NCBI GenBank assembly: GCA_052426225.1 | Contig: JBNJNM010000024.1 | Location: 52,274 to 116,273, forward strand | Length of the DNA: 64,000 bases | Reading direction: 5' to 3' | Origin: Zancudomyces culisetae HAW-14-8 | Taxonomy: Eukaryota > Fungi > Kickxellomycota | Shown: piece by piece, positions 52,095 through 63,959 of the stretch | How the letters are laid out: each line of letters begins with the position of its first letter | Numbering within the stretch: position 1 is the first letter of the stretch | Position numbers and translations under genes: made by a program | The notes under the pieces: generated by a model | What the model was told of the DNA's origin: nothing | Databases searched by the model: none | Seen by the model: the letters and a program-made list of their open reading frames with translations, nothing else

Positions 52095-52997
52095 ATGATA
52101 TGGTATAAAAATCTATCATCGGTACCTAACAATTCAATAATAATAGCTAGAGATATAAATAGTAAAGGATGTAAAGAATATTCATTTATAGATAGTATAG
52201 ATTCACTTATAAAGCTTATAGATGAAACAGATAATCCTTGCTATTATCAAATGATAGCTGATGAAGATAGATGGACAGAAATATATGATTTTGATGGTAA
52301 AAATATTGACATCGGTGAAGATGTAATTGTAAATAATTTTATTTCGACATATACAAAAATATTTGGTATATCCGATATAAATATAAAAACATGCAGTACT
52401 AACAAACATATATCTCTACATTTTATTATACATAACATATTAAATATAAAAGATATGATAAATAAATTCGATATACTTACTTCTTCCAACGATTTAATAC
52501 TATCTAAAAGATACGATAGATCTATATATACAAAAAATAGATTGATTAGAACATTAGGCTCTGATAAACATTTTTCCAATAGAAAATTTCGCATGTTTAA
52601 AAATAACAACTTATTAGATAGATATAAATATTTTATACTTCCTACATCGATTAAAGATAACAGCCTTTCATATAATTATAAAAATTCTATATCATCAATA
52701 CCCAATAAAAATAATAGTTTGCAATCATACAAATGGGGAAAACAAATTAGTAAAAATATATTTAGATTGGATAGGAGTGAACCATCTATGTGTTTAATAT
52801 GTTGTAGAATACATGATAATGATAATGCGTATATCAACATTGAAAAAATAACATACGGTTGCTTTAGATCTAATTCGGAAATTGAAATAGATTCTGATAG
52901 AATAGTTTTGAGTAAATCTAAATTGATTGCTATGCTTAGGAATTTAGATATAAATGATGTCAATATTGAATATATATTATCAAGAAGTAAATATTGA
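52095..52997 (+). CDS. AEP primase (copy 2)
   Basis: Identical to 26063..26965. Confidence 0.88.
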   Translation: MIWYKNLSSVPNNSIIIARDINSKGCKEYSFIDSIDSLIKLIDETDNPCYYQMIADEDRWTEIYDFDGKNIDIGEDVIVNNFISTYTKIFGISDINIKTCSTNKHISLHFIIHNILNIKDMINKFDILTSSNDLILSKRYDRSIYTKNRLIRTLGSDKHFSNRKFRMFKNNNLLDRYKYFILPTSIKDNSLSYNYKNSISSIPNKNNSLQSYKWGKQISKNIFRLDRSEPSMCLICCRIHDNDNAYINIEKITYGCFRSNSEIEIDSDRIVLSKSKLIAMLRNLDINDVNIEYILSRSKY

Positions 52998-53038
52998 ACA
53001 ACGGCATGTATATACTATTTTTATTATTTTTTATATAA

Positions 53039-53179
53039 TATTTTTCGAATAACAAAAAATATGTATACTAATATTATCGAAATATATATATTGTATATAG
53101 GAATATAGCATATCATCAAATAACAATATATAAAAAAAGTTTTAAAACTATTTTTATTTAAATAACTAACTATTTAAAA
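53039..53179 (+). repeat. Inverted repeat IR-A
   Basis: Copy of 27007-27147. Confidence 0.92.
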
Positions 53180-53218
53180 CTCTCGCATATTATCAATTAA
53201 CGATATAAATAAAATAAA

Positions 53219-54142
53219 TCATTTTCTCATTTTCGATATTTTATTTTTAATATCATCGGGGATTATATCTTTATATCTATCCAATAATAGATCTATTCTA
53301 TTTAGACCGGGATCTATTTTGTAAGTTTGCATCGGTTTGCGTGTGTATGTAGGTGATGGTTTTGGTTTCGTGTATGATGTATTCACACCGTCAATATACG
53401 TATTTAATTTATCTTCATTTTTAGCTTCTGGTGTTATTTTTGGTGTTTTTTTCTTATTTAATATTTCTCTATAATTAACAGCTTTACTACTTACGCCATT
53501 CGCATATATCTTTGTTTTCGCGGGCTTATTATTTTTTCTGTTAGTCTTTTTATCATTTTTATCATTTTTATCATTTTTATCTCTTTTATCATTTTTATTA
53601 GCTTCGCGATGGATACGAACCTTTGTTCTCGCGGATGAGGCTGTATTTATATATTTTTTACCATTTATATTTGTTACATTGAAATTCAATATATCATTAC
53701 TCCATGATAGACAATCATTATTTGACATCTGACACTGTGTGTTATTTAATCCGGAATTATTTATTTTGGAAGGGTATAACATATTTTCATTTTTTTGTAT
53801 GAAGAATTCTTCCTCGAAATATAAACAATCACTTTCATAATCAGCATTCAATATACCATAATGGGTAAATGTAGTATTTAAGTTTTTTATAGCATATTTA
53901 TTATCACCCATATTATCAAAAACTAGTAAAGGATCTGTAACCATATCATCATTTATAATTTTATATGTACTTCTGATTACATGTCTATCATCCGCTGTAA
54001 CCCCCTTGTATAAATTAACCCCGTTGATACTATAACATAGATAAGATAAATTATCCTCTATATCATTCATTAGTAGAAAGAAGACGGTATCACCAGCATG
54101 TATACCGCATAAAAATAAAATATATAATAATATATCTCTCAT
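53219..54142 (-). CDS. Putative secreted protein (copy 3)
   Basis: Identical to 1155..2078. Confidence 0.7.
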   Translation of the reverse strand: MRDILLYILFLCGIHAGDTVFFLLMNDIEDNLSYLCYSINGVNLYKGVTADDRHVIRSTYKIINDDMVTDPLLVFDNMGDNKYAIKNLNTTFTHYGILNADYESDCLYFEEEFFIQKNENMLYPSKINNSGLNNTQCQMSNNDCLSWSNDILNFNVTNINGKKYINTASSARTKVRIHREANKNDKRDKNDKNDKNDKKTNRKNNKPAKTKIYANGVSSKAVNYREILNKKKTPKITPEAKNEDKLNTYIDGVNTSYTKPKPSPTYTRKPMQTYKIDPGLNRIDLLLDRYKDIIPDDIKNKISKMRK

Positions 54143-54289
54143 TTCAATTATATTCTATTTTATATTGGTATATTCTATTTTTATATTGGTATATAATATT
54201 TATATTTATTAGACAATGTTCAAATATGATTCTTTATTAATCTAATTAAAATATATATCATAAATATATCATAAATATATTATATAAGT

Positions 54290-57200
54290 ATGCTAGCGTT
54301 ATTTATTATTGGTATTTTATTTATACCAAACATTAACAGTTATTGCAGCAAATGTCAAGATTGGGCATTAGGCGTATCTATCGTATCATACAGTGGTACA
54401 TATAAAGCTGTTGATCAATACAACTCATTATCAACTTCTGGTTGGGATAGTATGAGCTTTGGTAACTATAAACTAAACATTAGACGTGATGGATATTTTA
54501 TTTTGTCCGACAAAGATTCTGGTGTATGGTGGAGTGGTACTTCGGGTTCGGCTAGTAAGTATGATGTTGTGATGCAGCCTGATGGTAATCTGGTATTATA
54601 TGCAGATGGTAATAAAGCTACATGGGCTTCTAACACTGCCAACAGAGGAACGGGTCCGTATTGTGCTATGCTTCAACGTGATAGAAACTTTGTTATTTAT
54701 GATAATAATTGTTCAGCTACGTGGGCTAGCAATACAGTAAAACCTGATCCAACTCCGGATAAAGATGGCAATTGTTATTTTATAACAGTGCAACCTGGTG
54801 ATTGGTGTCAGAAAATTATAGATGACGCTGGCATTTCGTCAACTCAGTTATTCGATTATAATAAAAGTACATGGAAATGGGATGGGTGTGATAAACTATA
54901 CCCTGGTCAGAAATTATGTATATCTCCTGGTAAACCTCCTATTCCAACTCCAGATCCCAATGCAGAATGTGGTCCTTTAGCACCCGGAGATAAGTATAAT
55001 ACCGATTGTCCTTTAAACGCTTGCTGTGGTGAATGGGGTTATTGTGGCATTACCGAAGACTTCTGTAAAAAGAAAAACAGTACAACTAACGCTCCAGGCA
55101 CTACAGGTTGTTATAGTAATTGTGTTATCGAATACGTAATGTCCGAACCCCCTTCTAATTTTAGAAAAATTGCTTATTATGAAACATGGAATCAAAACTG
55201 GCCATGCTTGAACAAACGTATTGACGAAATAGACTGGTCTCAATATACCCATCTTCATTATGCATTTGCCGATATTGTTGATTATAATGTCCAAATGGAT
55301 TTCAGAGCTAGAGAGCAATTCGAAGCTTTTAAATCTCTTAGAGGTATTAAGAGAATATTAAGTATAGGTGGTTGGGGTATAAGTACAGATAGTGGTACAT
55401 ATAATAATCTTAGAAAAGCTGTAGCTAATTGGGAAGTATCTGCTGCAAATGTGGCCAAATTTATTATCGATAATAATCTGGATGGTGTAGATATAGATTG
55501 GGAATATCCAGGAGCTACTGATATTCCAGGTGTTCCAATTGGTGATTCTTATGATCCAATATATTATACATTGTTTGTTTATGAATTATTTATTAAACTT
55601 TATCCATTAGGTAAGACTGTATCTATAGCGGCACCAGCTAGTTATTGGTATCTTAAGAATTTTATAATAGATATAATGTCGGAATTTACAGATTATATAG
55701 TATTTATGACTTATGATTTGCACGGACAATGGGATTATACCAATTTATGGACAGGTAATTATCTTAAGTCGCACGTAAATATGACTGAAACTTTAGAAAT
55801 GCTAGCTTTGATAACACATGCAGGCGTAAAATCCAATAAAGTTTTATTAGGTATTGCTAAGTATGGTAGAACTTTTGGCATGGAAGATCCCAACTGCTAC
55901 GGTCCAGATTGTAGATTTGCCGGTATAGAATCAAAAGCAAAACCGGGTAAATGTACAAATACACCTGGTTATTTAGCTTTGGGGGAAATTAGAGATATTC
56001 TGAAAAGCGAAACTATAAGAAAACATTATGATGACGATCTATCTCAGATTCTGGTATATGGTACAGATCAATGGGTTTCTTATCTTACAGATGAACAAAT
56101 TAGCTTCAGAAATGATCTAGCCTCATTCGCCAATATGGGGGGTACTGTTACGTGGGCAGAGGATCTAGATGCCGGAAATAAAATATCATGCGACACATCA
56201 GATATATACGATTTCAATACACTACTGTCATCATCATGTACGCGTAACTATTTAAGAGATATTATGGTTGATTATATAAAAGGTGTAATATCATACTGGA
56301 GAAGCAATGCATCTTTAACTTATGATAGTGATATAAAACAATTCAAAGATAAATTCAATATAGTATATTCTATAAGTTCAAAAGCCGATTATGATGAATT
56401 ATTTACAAAAATGGATAAGTTTATAACTAATATAGATGTTAAAAATGATAATAACTACGCCATATTATATTTTTATTATAAGAGATGTATCGTATTTGGT
56501 TCTTCCATTAATTATAATAATAAAAAGAGAGGATTAAATGAACCCTTTGTTGGAATGATAAATACTTCAGCTATTGGTGTTTTTGTTTATACTGGAGTTC
56601 AAGTGTATACAAGTGGGTTACAAGCTGCTTTATTGGCGATATCAATACCAGGGCTAGCTTCTGGTGTAGTTGTCGGAGCAATTTCACTTGGTTTACTCGC
56701 TATCGCCACGATAATAGCAAATTATAATAAAGACACATTTCCCATCCCCGATGATCTAATGAAAATTATTAATAGTAATCAAGCGAATTTAGAACATACA
56801 ATAGAATTAATAAATAATCCCACAAATTCAAAGTATCCTGTTGATTTTGTAATAAATGATGATTTAATAGGGTATGATATGGAAAAATATCAGGATCAGT
56901 ATAGTATTCAACCGGTAAGTGATATGCCTATGATTTTACAACATAAAGCTTATTTTAACTGGTATAAAAAAGCTACGAGTCCGCAAAATTATTGTGTTAG
57001 AAATCCCAATATAGATGATGATTATAATATATTTACGAAAACTATAACAGAAAATAATGATGGAGATGATGAGCCGATATACTATGTAAACTTTCACGGT
57101 CGGAGCGTAGGTGTAGCATGCAATGCTTATATTTATTTCGTGTTTACAGAAATTAATAGACTTAGACTTATTAATGGGGATGATGATGCAATAGATGTCC

Positions 57201-57739
57201 CGCAAGAACTACTACCCGTTGCATATAATACATTTACACGTCGACCAGACGGTCGAAAGAATGACGACCCTTATCTAGATCAGCATTCGTGCGTTAATCT
57301 ACCCGGTCGAATAATTAATCGAAGTGATAACAAAACAATGGTAATACCAGATTATCAAAGAGATGAATTTCCATTTGGAAGTATGAGTGAAGGAATGAAT
57401 AACATAACAAATCCGGACGAATATTATATTTCTGTTAGATGCGTTTATAAAAGTGAAAATACATATGACGGTATACAATTTCGCCATTTTTTAAATGCGA
57501 CTGGAATTTGGAAAAAAAACGACATATTAAATCCTTTATCATCTCCTCGCGTTGGACCTATACCTCCCGGGGGGGCTTTTCGAGTATATTTATTAAATTT
57601 CAACCCAACTCTATGTCAGCAATCAGCTATTATTCCTGTGAGAACAGGATTACGACAAGGAGTAAGAAATTATTTCAATGAGTTTTTTCCTGTTAGTAAC
57701 GAGCCTGTAATTATACAGCAAAGAAAAAAAGGAATATGA
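54290..57739 (+). CDS. Killer-toxin GH18 chitinase/nuclease precursor (copy 3)
   Basis: Identical to 2226..5675. Confidence 0.9.
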   Translation: MLALFIIGILFIPNINSYCSKCQDWALGVSIVSYSGTYKAVDQYNSLSTSGWDSMSFGNYKLNIRRDGYFILSDKDSGVWWSGTSGSASKYDVVMQPDGNLVLYADGNKATWASNTANRGTGPYCAMLQRDRNFVIYDNNCSATWASNTVKPDPTPDKDGNCYFITVQPGDWCQKIIDDAGISSTQLFDYNKSTWKWDGCDKLYPGQKLCISPGKPPIPTPDPNAECGPLAPGDKYNTDCPLNACCGEWGYCGITEDFCKKKNSTTNAPGTTGCYSNCVIEYVMSEPPSNFRKIAYYETWNQNWPCLNKRIDEIDWSQYTHLHYAFADIVDYNVQMDFRAREQFEAFKSLRGIKRILSIGGWGISTDSGTYNNLRKAVANWEVSAANVAKFIIDNNLDGVDIDWEYPGATDIPGVPIGDSYDPIYYTLFVYELFIKLYPLGKTVSIAAPASYWYLKNFIIDIMSEFTDYIVFMTYDLHGQWDYTNLWTGNYLKSHVNMTETLEMLALITHAGVKSNKVLLGIAKYGRTFGMEDPNCYGPDCRFAGIESKAKPGKCTNTPGYLALGEIRDILKSETIRKHYDDDLSQILVYGTDQWVSYLTDEQISFRNDLASFANMGGTVTWAEDLDAGNKISCDTSDIYDFNTLLSSSCTRNYLRDIMVDYIKGVISYWRSNASLTYDSDIKQFKDKFNIVYSISSKADYDELFTKMDKFITNIDVKNDNNYAILYFYYKRCIVFGSSINYNNKKRGLNEPFVGMINTSAIGVFVYTGVQVYTSGLQAALLAISIPGLASGVVVGAISLGLLAIATIIANYNKDTFPIPDDLMKIINSNQANLEHTIELINNPTNSKYPVDFVINDDLIGYDMEKYQDQYSIQPVSDMPMILQHKAYFNWYKKATSPQNYCVRNPNIDDDYNIFTKTITENNDGDDEPIYYVNFHGRSVGVACNAYIYFVFTEINRLRLINGDDDAIDVPQELLPVAYNTFTRRPDGRKNDDPYLDQHSCVNLPGRIINRSDNKTMVIPDYQRDEFPFGSMSEGMNNITNPDEYYISVRCVYKSENTYDGIQFRHFLNATGIWKKNDILNPLSSPRVGPIPPGGAFRVYLLNFNPTLCQQSAIIPVRTGLRQGVRNYFNEFFPVSNEPVIIQQRKKGI

Positions 57740-58203
57740 AATATTTATTTTTTAAAATGTCTAGTATAGAAATTAATAATCTGAAAGAATTATTTTTCAA
57801 TTCATCTGATAAATATAAAAATAACAGTATAGCTATTTTATGCTGTCATTATTCGGGTTTAAATTTGTCAAATGGTTATATAAGAAGAACAATAACATCA
57901 ACTAAGCGTGCCGTGAAATATCATAAATCAGATATTATACAATATGTAGAAGATATAAATATACATAAAAATATAATAGCTATATTATGTACGCCTTTAA
58001 TATCTAATAGTGATGAAGATGATAAATTAATGATGCACTTTCTTAAAATACTTAATTGCTCTAAAGCTATGATTATATATCCAAGTTCTGTAAGAATTTT
58101 TTCTATGAATAATGAAGGTACGAATATATATCAATTTTTCAGTTTTGATGCATCAACACAATTAACCGATCTGATATCATATTTAAGGGATTTGAGACAT
58201 TGA
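57736..58203 (+). CDS. Candidate immunity protein (copy 3)
   Basis: Identical to 5672..6139. Confidence 0.6.
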   Translation: MKYLFFKMSSIEINNLKELFFNSSDKYKNNSIAILCCHYSGLNLSNGYIRRTITSTKRAVKYHKSDIIQYVEDINIHKNIIAILCTPLISNSDEDDKLMMHFLKILNCSKAMIIYPSSVRIFSMNNEGTNIYQFFSFDASTQLTDLISYLRDLRH

Positions 58204-58264
58204 AGCATCACCTATTATTATATGAATATATAACTCATTTTAAAATATTTAAATTAATATTAAA

Positions 58265-59185
58265 ATGAATATAGACGAATACAACCCTTTAAGCAGTATT
58301 GTTTGTAATTATGCAAATTTTAAATTCATAATACCTGGTGAGTTTAAATCTGTATCTATCGATGACAATATTTTCTGTATAAAAAATGAACATCACTCTT
58401 TGGGAGAAGAATTTAGCATATTATTAAATGAAAATGGAGATAAAATGTATATTGCGCATAATAATAAATATTTATGCATGATGAACGATAAAATGGGTGC
58501 GTGTGATCATTTAAATGATAATATAATTATTCTGGATAAAGTATTTAATGACTACAGATTTTGTGATGTATATAGAATAAAGTGTGGAGATCTATATTTA
58601 AATAAAAGTATGACTTTTGAATATTCCGATAAAAATGCAATTATATTACAACTGGACTCGTCTAATATGATAAATACTGATAATTTGTCCAATTTTGCAT
58701 CTGACACGCAAGATGTAATAACAATGAATGGTATCAGTATTCGAAATAAAGGTGCATTTTTTATGCGTTTAGCTCATGAGGGTGAAACTGCTTATATTAC
58801 TATAAACATAGATGACGACATTCCGAATGAAAATGATATAGGAAAAGTGTATATATTTGATGATAAATTTTATAACTCACCATTTGGAATATTTTTTGAA
58901 TTCTATAAAGATGATATTGATGATAAAGAAAAGACTTATCTAAAAGTTATGGATCTTATCAGTAGAGAGGAATATTATATAAATTCATATTTTAAACTAT
59001 CTATAAATCGTATAGATGACGGTATTGAGTTTGTAGAATCTAAATATAAAAGCGCATATTATATAAAAAATATAAAATACAACACATATTATGCTATAGA
59101 AGACATTAATTTCGGGCATCCATATGAAATAAAAAATATTGATGATATAAAAGATGCGTTATTATTTCAGTTTATTCATTTTTAA
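58265..59185 (+). CDS. Hypothetical protein (copy 3)
   Basis: Identical to 6201..7121. Confidence 0.7.
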   Translation: MNIDEYNPLSSIVCNYANFKFIIPGEFKSVSIDDNIFCIKNEHHSLGEEFSILLNENGDKMYIAHNNKYLCMMNDKMGACDHLNDNIIILDKVFNDYRFCDVYRIKCGDLYLNKSMTFEYSDKNAIILQLDSSNMINTDNLSNFASDTQDVITMNGISIRNKGAFFMRLAHEGETAYITINIDDDIPNENDIGKVYIFDDKFYNSPFGIFFEFYKDDIDDKEKTYLKVMDLISREEYYINSYFKLSINRIDDGIEFVESKYKSAYYIKNIKYNTYYAIEDINFGHPYEIKNIDDIKDALLFQFIHF

Positions 59186-59211
59186 TATTTTAAAGTTTTA
59201 AAATTTTTAAT

Positions 59212-59625
59212 TTATTGAACTTCATTATTAAACCAATTTATGCATGCTCCAAAAGCATTATCGCAGAATGTCTGGCAGTATACCGACGAGTAAAGATCAT
59301 AACAATCAAAATTAAGTTTATAGCCATTACCTTTACACGTGTAGAATGGCGTGGTATTTATTTTATATGTGCCATTGGAAAAATCAATGTTTAAATCACC
59401 TATTCCCAGTTCGACATGATAATTTCCTTCATAGAATCCCATAGTTTTAACTCCTAAAGCAAAACTGTCGTATTGTTTCATTTTCACATCATTGTATAAA
59501 TAGACACATGCCGAACCTACATTGTGAAATGGTTTGGATTTATATCCTGATAGTATAAATAAGCATGAATCAACCTTTAAAACAAATAAAATATTAAAAA
59601 TAAATAAACTGAAATAATAACGCAT
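59212..59625 (-). CDS. Small secreted Cys protein (copy 3)
   Basis: Identical to 7148..7561. Confidence 0.7.
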   Translation of the reverse strand: MRYYFSLFIFNILFVLKVDSCLFILSGYKSKPFHNVGSACVYLYNDVKMKQYDSFALGVKTMGFYEGNYHVELGIGDLNIDFSNGTYKINTTPFYTCKGNGYKLNFDCYDLYSSVYCQTFCDNAFGACINWFNNEVQ

Positions 59626-59788
59626 CTTTTATATTTTTAGTATTGGATATAAATATAGGGAAACTATAATTTTCATCATTTATATTATAATATGTGTTAT
59701 GAATCACATTTTTTATAAAATACATACCTTTATATTTAGATTCTACAAATTCAATACCATCATCTATACGATTTATAGATAGTTTCAT
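59594..59788 (-). CDS. 64-aa paralog fragment (copy 3)
   Basis: Identical to 7530..7724. Confidence 0.55.
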   Translation of the reverse strand: MKLSINRIDDGIEFVESKYKGMYFIKNVIHNTYYNINDENYSFPIFISNTKNIKDALLFQFIYF

Positions 59789-59929
59789 TTCTTGATCGGG
59801 ATAATAACTTTCATTATTTTCATAATTAAATATTGTAAGTTATATGTATTATTTTTATTTTTTCAATTTTGCTATATTAGAATATATTTTAAATATAAAA
59901 CTACTTAATATAGTAAAACGTTGAAAATA

Positions 59930-61126
59930 TTAAATACTTTCCGACGATTCGATTAATTCTGACGATGTAGCCAATGGAAGTATACCAGTATTCCCATCTT
60001 TAATATAGCTATAAAATGTTACAACCCTCCCAAATAATTCCATAATTTTATATAGAAAATGTCTACATTCGACATTAGCTATTATTTCATCAGTATCATC
60101 GAAAACGACTAATTCATTCAAGACGCATATATTTTCCAAATTATACAACTCATTTTTTAATTCAATTTCTCGTTCTATTTCATAATTAGTTTTATTAACA
60201 TTTTTTTTATACAATTCTAATTCTTTATAACATTTATGATTTACTAATATTTTTTTTATATTTTCAGGTGTAAATTTTATATAATAAAATCTGGGTATTA
60301 ACCCCATAAATAAAATACCAAAAATCATATCATCCTTAAAATCTTCCGAAGTAAAACCATCTTTACCTATACGTTTGAAATATAACAATAACATTTCTCC
60401 AAATAATTGAGCTCTAGCTTTCCCTATAAGTGTAGACGAATTAGTAACATTAGTTGACTTTTTATTTTCTATAGCAATGTTAGCATAATTCTTTCTATCA
60501 GTTATTCCTATATCAATTTCAGATGAAAATTCTAAAAGATGATTATTTATATTTATGGTAAATTTGCCAATAGCGAATGAATTGTCTGGGGCAAATCTAA
60601 ATATACTAAGCAGTTTGGCCACATAAGAATCAACAATATTCTCGCTAACGTATGCATCACGCATAAAAATATATAAATCCAAAACAAATTCAAGTATTTT
60701 GAATTCTTTAAGCATAGTGTTCATTTCATCCCTAGTTCTAAAATCATCTTTATACAAAATATCGGTATATGTTTTTAACGCATCTATATATTCTGGCTTC
60801 ATGATATTTTTTGCTTTAACAATTTCAATATAATCATTCAAACTACACTTGATTATATTATCCAATTCTTTTATACCGATAGTATTTATGAATTTTTCGA
60901 AAAGAGAATATCTATAATGAATGCTATCTATACTTCTATTAAATTCTATAGATGCAAATCTAACATTTAATCCAGATTTTATGTATTTATCCGACCAATG
61001 ACTTGCAGAATCGAATATATAAGTATCATTATCATCAAAAAATTGACTCTGATGTTTTCTTTTACTGGCTGATGAAGGTGATATTGAAGCTTGGTTGTTA
61101 TTATCGGGCGAAATTGATTCATCCAT
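59930..61126 (-). CDS. PD-(D/E)xK nuclease-fold protein (copy 3)
   Basis: Identical to 7866..9062. Confidence 0.65.
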   Translation of the reverse strand: MDESISPDNNNQASISPSSASKRKHQSQFFDDNDTYIFDSASHWSDKYIKSGLNVRFASIEFNRSIDSIHYRYSLFEKFINTIGIKELDNIIKCSLNDYIEIVKAKNIMKPEYIDALKTYTDILYKDDFRTRDEMNTMLKEFKILEFVLDLYIFMRDAYVSENIVDSYVAKLLSIFRFAPDNSFAIGKFTININNHLLEFSSEIDIGITDRKNYANIAIENKKSTNVTNSSTLIGKARAQLFGEMLLLYFKRIGKDGFTSEDFKDDMIFGILFMGLIPRFYYIKFTPENIKKILVNHKCYKELELYKKNVNKTNYEIEREIELKNELYNLENICVLNELVVFDDTDEIIANVECRHFLYKIMELFGRVVTFYSYIKDGNTGILPLATSSELIESSESI

Positions 61127-61457
61127 TATTTATATGTTATATTTTTTGATATATACTCGATATATGTTTAGTTCCATTAATAATTACAAATCAAATAGTA
61201 TATTATTAATAGCATGTATATTATACTGTTAATCAATATATATTTATAAAAATACGTGATAATAGTATCAATCAAAACATATTTTTAATCCTAATAAAAA
61301 GATAATATTTTTTTATCCTTTATAGTATTCAATGGATATTATTTGTTATAACGAAAAAAATGATTTCGGATTAAAATTATTCAAGTTGAATAAAAAATAA
61401 CAAATTGATAATATATATTTAAAATAGTAATATTCGACTTTTAAAAATATTGGATTA

Positions 61458-63551
61458 TTATATATTGTTTACCATTCTAAACACTTTACCGGATGCTTCC
61501 ATCACCGAATCTATTGATTTAGAAATGTTATTTAAATACCACTTATAATCAATGGGGTCGGTATTATCAATGGGTCTTAGTTTATCTCCGAGATTATTTT
61601 TACCATTTTCCGTAGTTGATACGAATACAAAAAATGTTTCACCTTTTTTTAATGGTCCGTATTTTCTATTATATACTTCTAATGGATAATTATCCATTTT
61701 ATAAGGTCCATTGTATATTTTCTTTATAATAAATTCGGATTTATCTAAAGTATGAATATTTGATATCAGCATTCTACAGTGATCTCTAAACAATATATCA
61801 TTCATTACTCTATATGTTATATCTTTATATATACTAACTGCAAATTTGCATCTATCTCTTCTAACAGCTACTACTCCTTTATATTTAATATTATTATCAT
61901 AATCCAATGTTATATACATTTTCTTACCTAATGAAAGAAATTTTTTATATCTACATTCAAACTTCATTTTTATCGGATCTGGAAATAGATTAGTAACTTC
62001 ATCAGCTAGTTTTATATGCATTTCATCATTCATTTCCACATCGTTTGTATATATACACGAATCTGTATCGCCATATATTACATCAAAACCTTTATCAGTT
62101 AAAAAAGTTATAGATTTTTCCAGATTTATTCTACCTATATAAGTTATCCTGGATGCAGCTTGTGTAAAACATAACTCACCAGCAGAACCAAAAATTCCAT
62201 ATACAGAATTTGCACATATTTTTAATGCATTAGCATATGGTTTATTATTTTTATATTTAACTCTAGCATCAACTAATTTTTTTACCATGTTGGGAATAAT
62301 ACCAAATTTAGTTTTATCAAAGAATTTACCATTCCATGTACTATAGCATATATTTTCGGAAATTATAATAGAAGGATATAATGATGTGAAGTCCATACAT
62401 GCAGCATGTTTATATAATTTTGGTTTGCATTCTACAACTATAGCTCCTTTATATTCATCTTTATCATATTTGTTAAATTCCATATGATAATTATACTTTT
62501 TACATTCGATATATAACATATTTTTCATTCTTATCTGCTGCCCCCTAGTAAATAATTCTTCAACATTGGTATATGTTATATTAGATAAAGAAATGATGCT
62601 TTCCAGCATGGAACATTTTTTTGCGATATCCATGACCAATAGACAATCTTTGACGCAATATTTTACTATATCGGATATTTTATCTGGATTTTTATGTATG
62701 TTATCCCATAAATCCCACATTTCATAAGAATTTAAATCTTCTTTATATCCGCAGTTGAAAAAATTGGAAACGGTATTTAATCTATAATCGTCTATATTAA
62801 ATGTACGTTTACAGTAATGATATAGATCTACACATAATATACCATCTATACTAGGGTAGCTTATATCATTATTGGTGTATGCAGAACTACTCCATGTAAT
62901 TTCAATCATTTTTGAATCTAGTGGATGTCTAGCATTTATATATCTCCAGTCGAAACCGTGTGTATTATAACCAATTAATATATTTGCAGATTTTATATAA
63001 TTGTAAAAATTGATAATTAATTCATCTTCGCTATTGCAATATTTAATGTTGGTAGATTTTATATCTATATTGGTATTAATAAATGTTATATTATCGCATT
63101 TATTAGATACGACACTTATGCATATAATTGAATCTTCTTTTTTCTTAGGATCTGGGAATGTTCTATCGCGAGAATAGACTTCTATATCAAAACTCATTAT
63201 ATGCAATTCGGGAATTATATCTATGGATAAATAATATATATCATGCATAGATAAATTTTCCAGATCATTATTAATTAATTTGATCCAGCAACATTGTTTC
63301 AAACCTTTAATATAAAGAAATTCCAGTACACTATTCTTATGTTTTCTAGTTTGTATATCTACCATTACATCTTTTGACATTATAAGAGATTTTTTTCTTA
63401 AATTGCAACCTTTCACTTCTACAGTGGGATAAAAATCTTTTATAATTATATAAACATTATCTTTATCTTTATTAGCGATACCGTATCCATATATCCAATT
63501 ATTTTTATATTCCCATTTATAGATAAAAATTTTCATTGTTTCTTTATCCAT
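61458..63551 (-). CDS. polB: Family B DNA polymerase (copy 3)
   Basis: Identical to 9394..11487. Confidence 0.97.
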   Translation of the reverse strand: MDKETMKIFIYKWEYKNNWIYGYGIANKDKDNVYIIIKDFYPTVEVKGCNLRKKSLIMSKDVMVDIQTRKHKNSVLEFLYIKGLKQCCWIKLINNDLENLSMHDIYYLSIDIIPELHIMSFDIEVYSRDRTFPDPKKKEDSIICISVVSNKCDNITFINTNIDIKSTNIKYCNSEDELIINFYNYIKSANILIGYNTHGFDWRYINARHPLDSKMIEITWSSSAYTNNDISYPSIDGILCVDLYHYCKRTFNIDDYRLNTVSNFFNCGYKEDLNSYEMWDLWDNIHKNPDKISDIVKYCVKDCLLVMDIAKKCSMLESIISLSNITYTNVEELFTRGQQIRMKNMLYIECKKYNYHMEFNKYDKDEYKGAIVVECKPKLYKHAACMDFTSLYPSIIISENICYSTWNGKFFDKTKFGIIPNMVKKLVDARVKYKNNKPYANALKICANSVYGIFGSAGELCFTQAASRITYIGRINLEKSITFLTDKGFDVIYGDTDSCIYTNDVEMNDEMHIKLADEVTNLFPDPIKMKFECRYKKFLSLGKKMYITLDYDNNIKYKGVVAVRRDRCKFAVSIYKDITYRVMNDILFRDHCRMLISNIHTLDKSEFIIKKIYNGPYKMDNYPLEVYNRKYGPLKKGETFFVFVSTTENGKNNLGDKLRPIDNTDPIDYKWYLNNISKSIDSVMEASGKVFRMVNNI

Positions 63552-63636
63552 TGTCTCTGAATACTATTAAGGATTTTTATTTATAAAATTTAGATATTTT
63601 TTAATTGTGATTGACTAATTACAAATTAAATCAAAT

Positions 63637-63819
63637 ATGCATAATAAGAAAATATACAATAATGTCTCTATAATTATAGAAGAAGGATTAACATGGGAGG
63701 ATAGCAAAAAGAGATTCTGTATATTAGAAGGTAATATACAAAAAGTATATATAAGATATATTATAAAAAAGTATGGTTTCGACGCTGCTATGAAATTAGT
63801 ATTCAAAGGAGACAAATAA
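63637..63819 (+). CDS. Small hypothetical protein (copy 3)
   Basis: Identical to 11573..11755. Confidence 0.55.
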   Translation: MHNKKIYNNVSIIIEEGLTWEDSKKRFCILEGNIQKVYIRYIIKKYGFDAAMKLVFKGDK

Positions 63820-63959
63820 TTTTAAATAGTTAGCTATTTAAATAAAATAGTTTTAAAACTTTTTTTATATATTGTTATTTGATGATATGCTATATTCCTA
63901 TATACAATATATATATTTCGATAATATTAGTATACATATTTTTTGTTATTCGAAAAATA
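63820..63959 (-). repeat. Inverted repeat IR-B
   Basis: Copy of 11756-11895. Confidence 0.92.

Larger units (their letters stand above)
27007..53038. repeat. Tandem unit copy 2
   Basis: ORF set identical to copy 1, offset 26032. Confidence 0.97.
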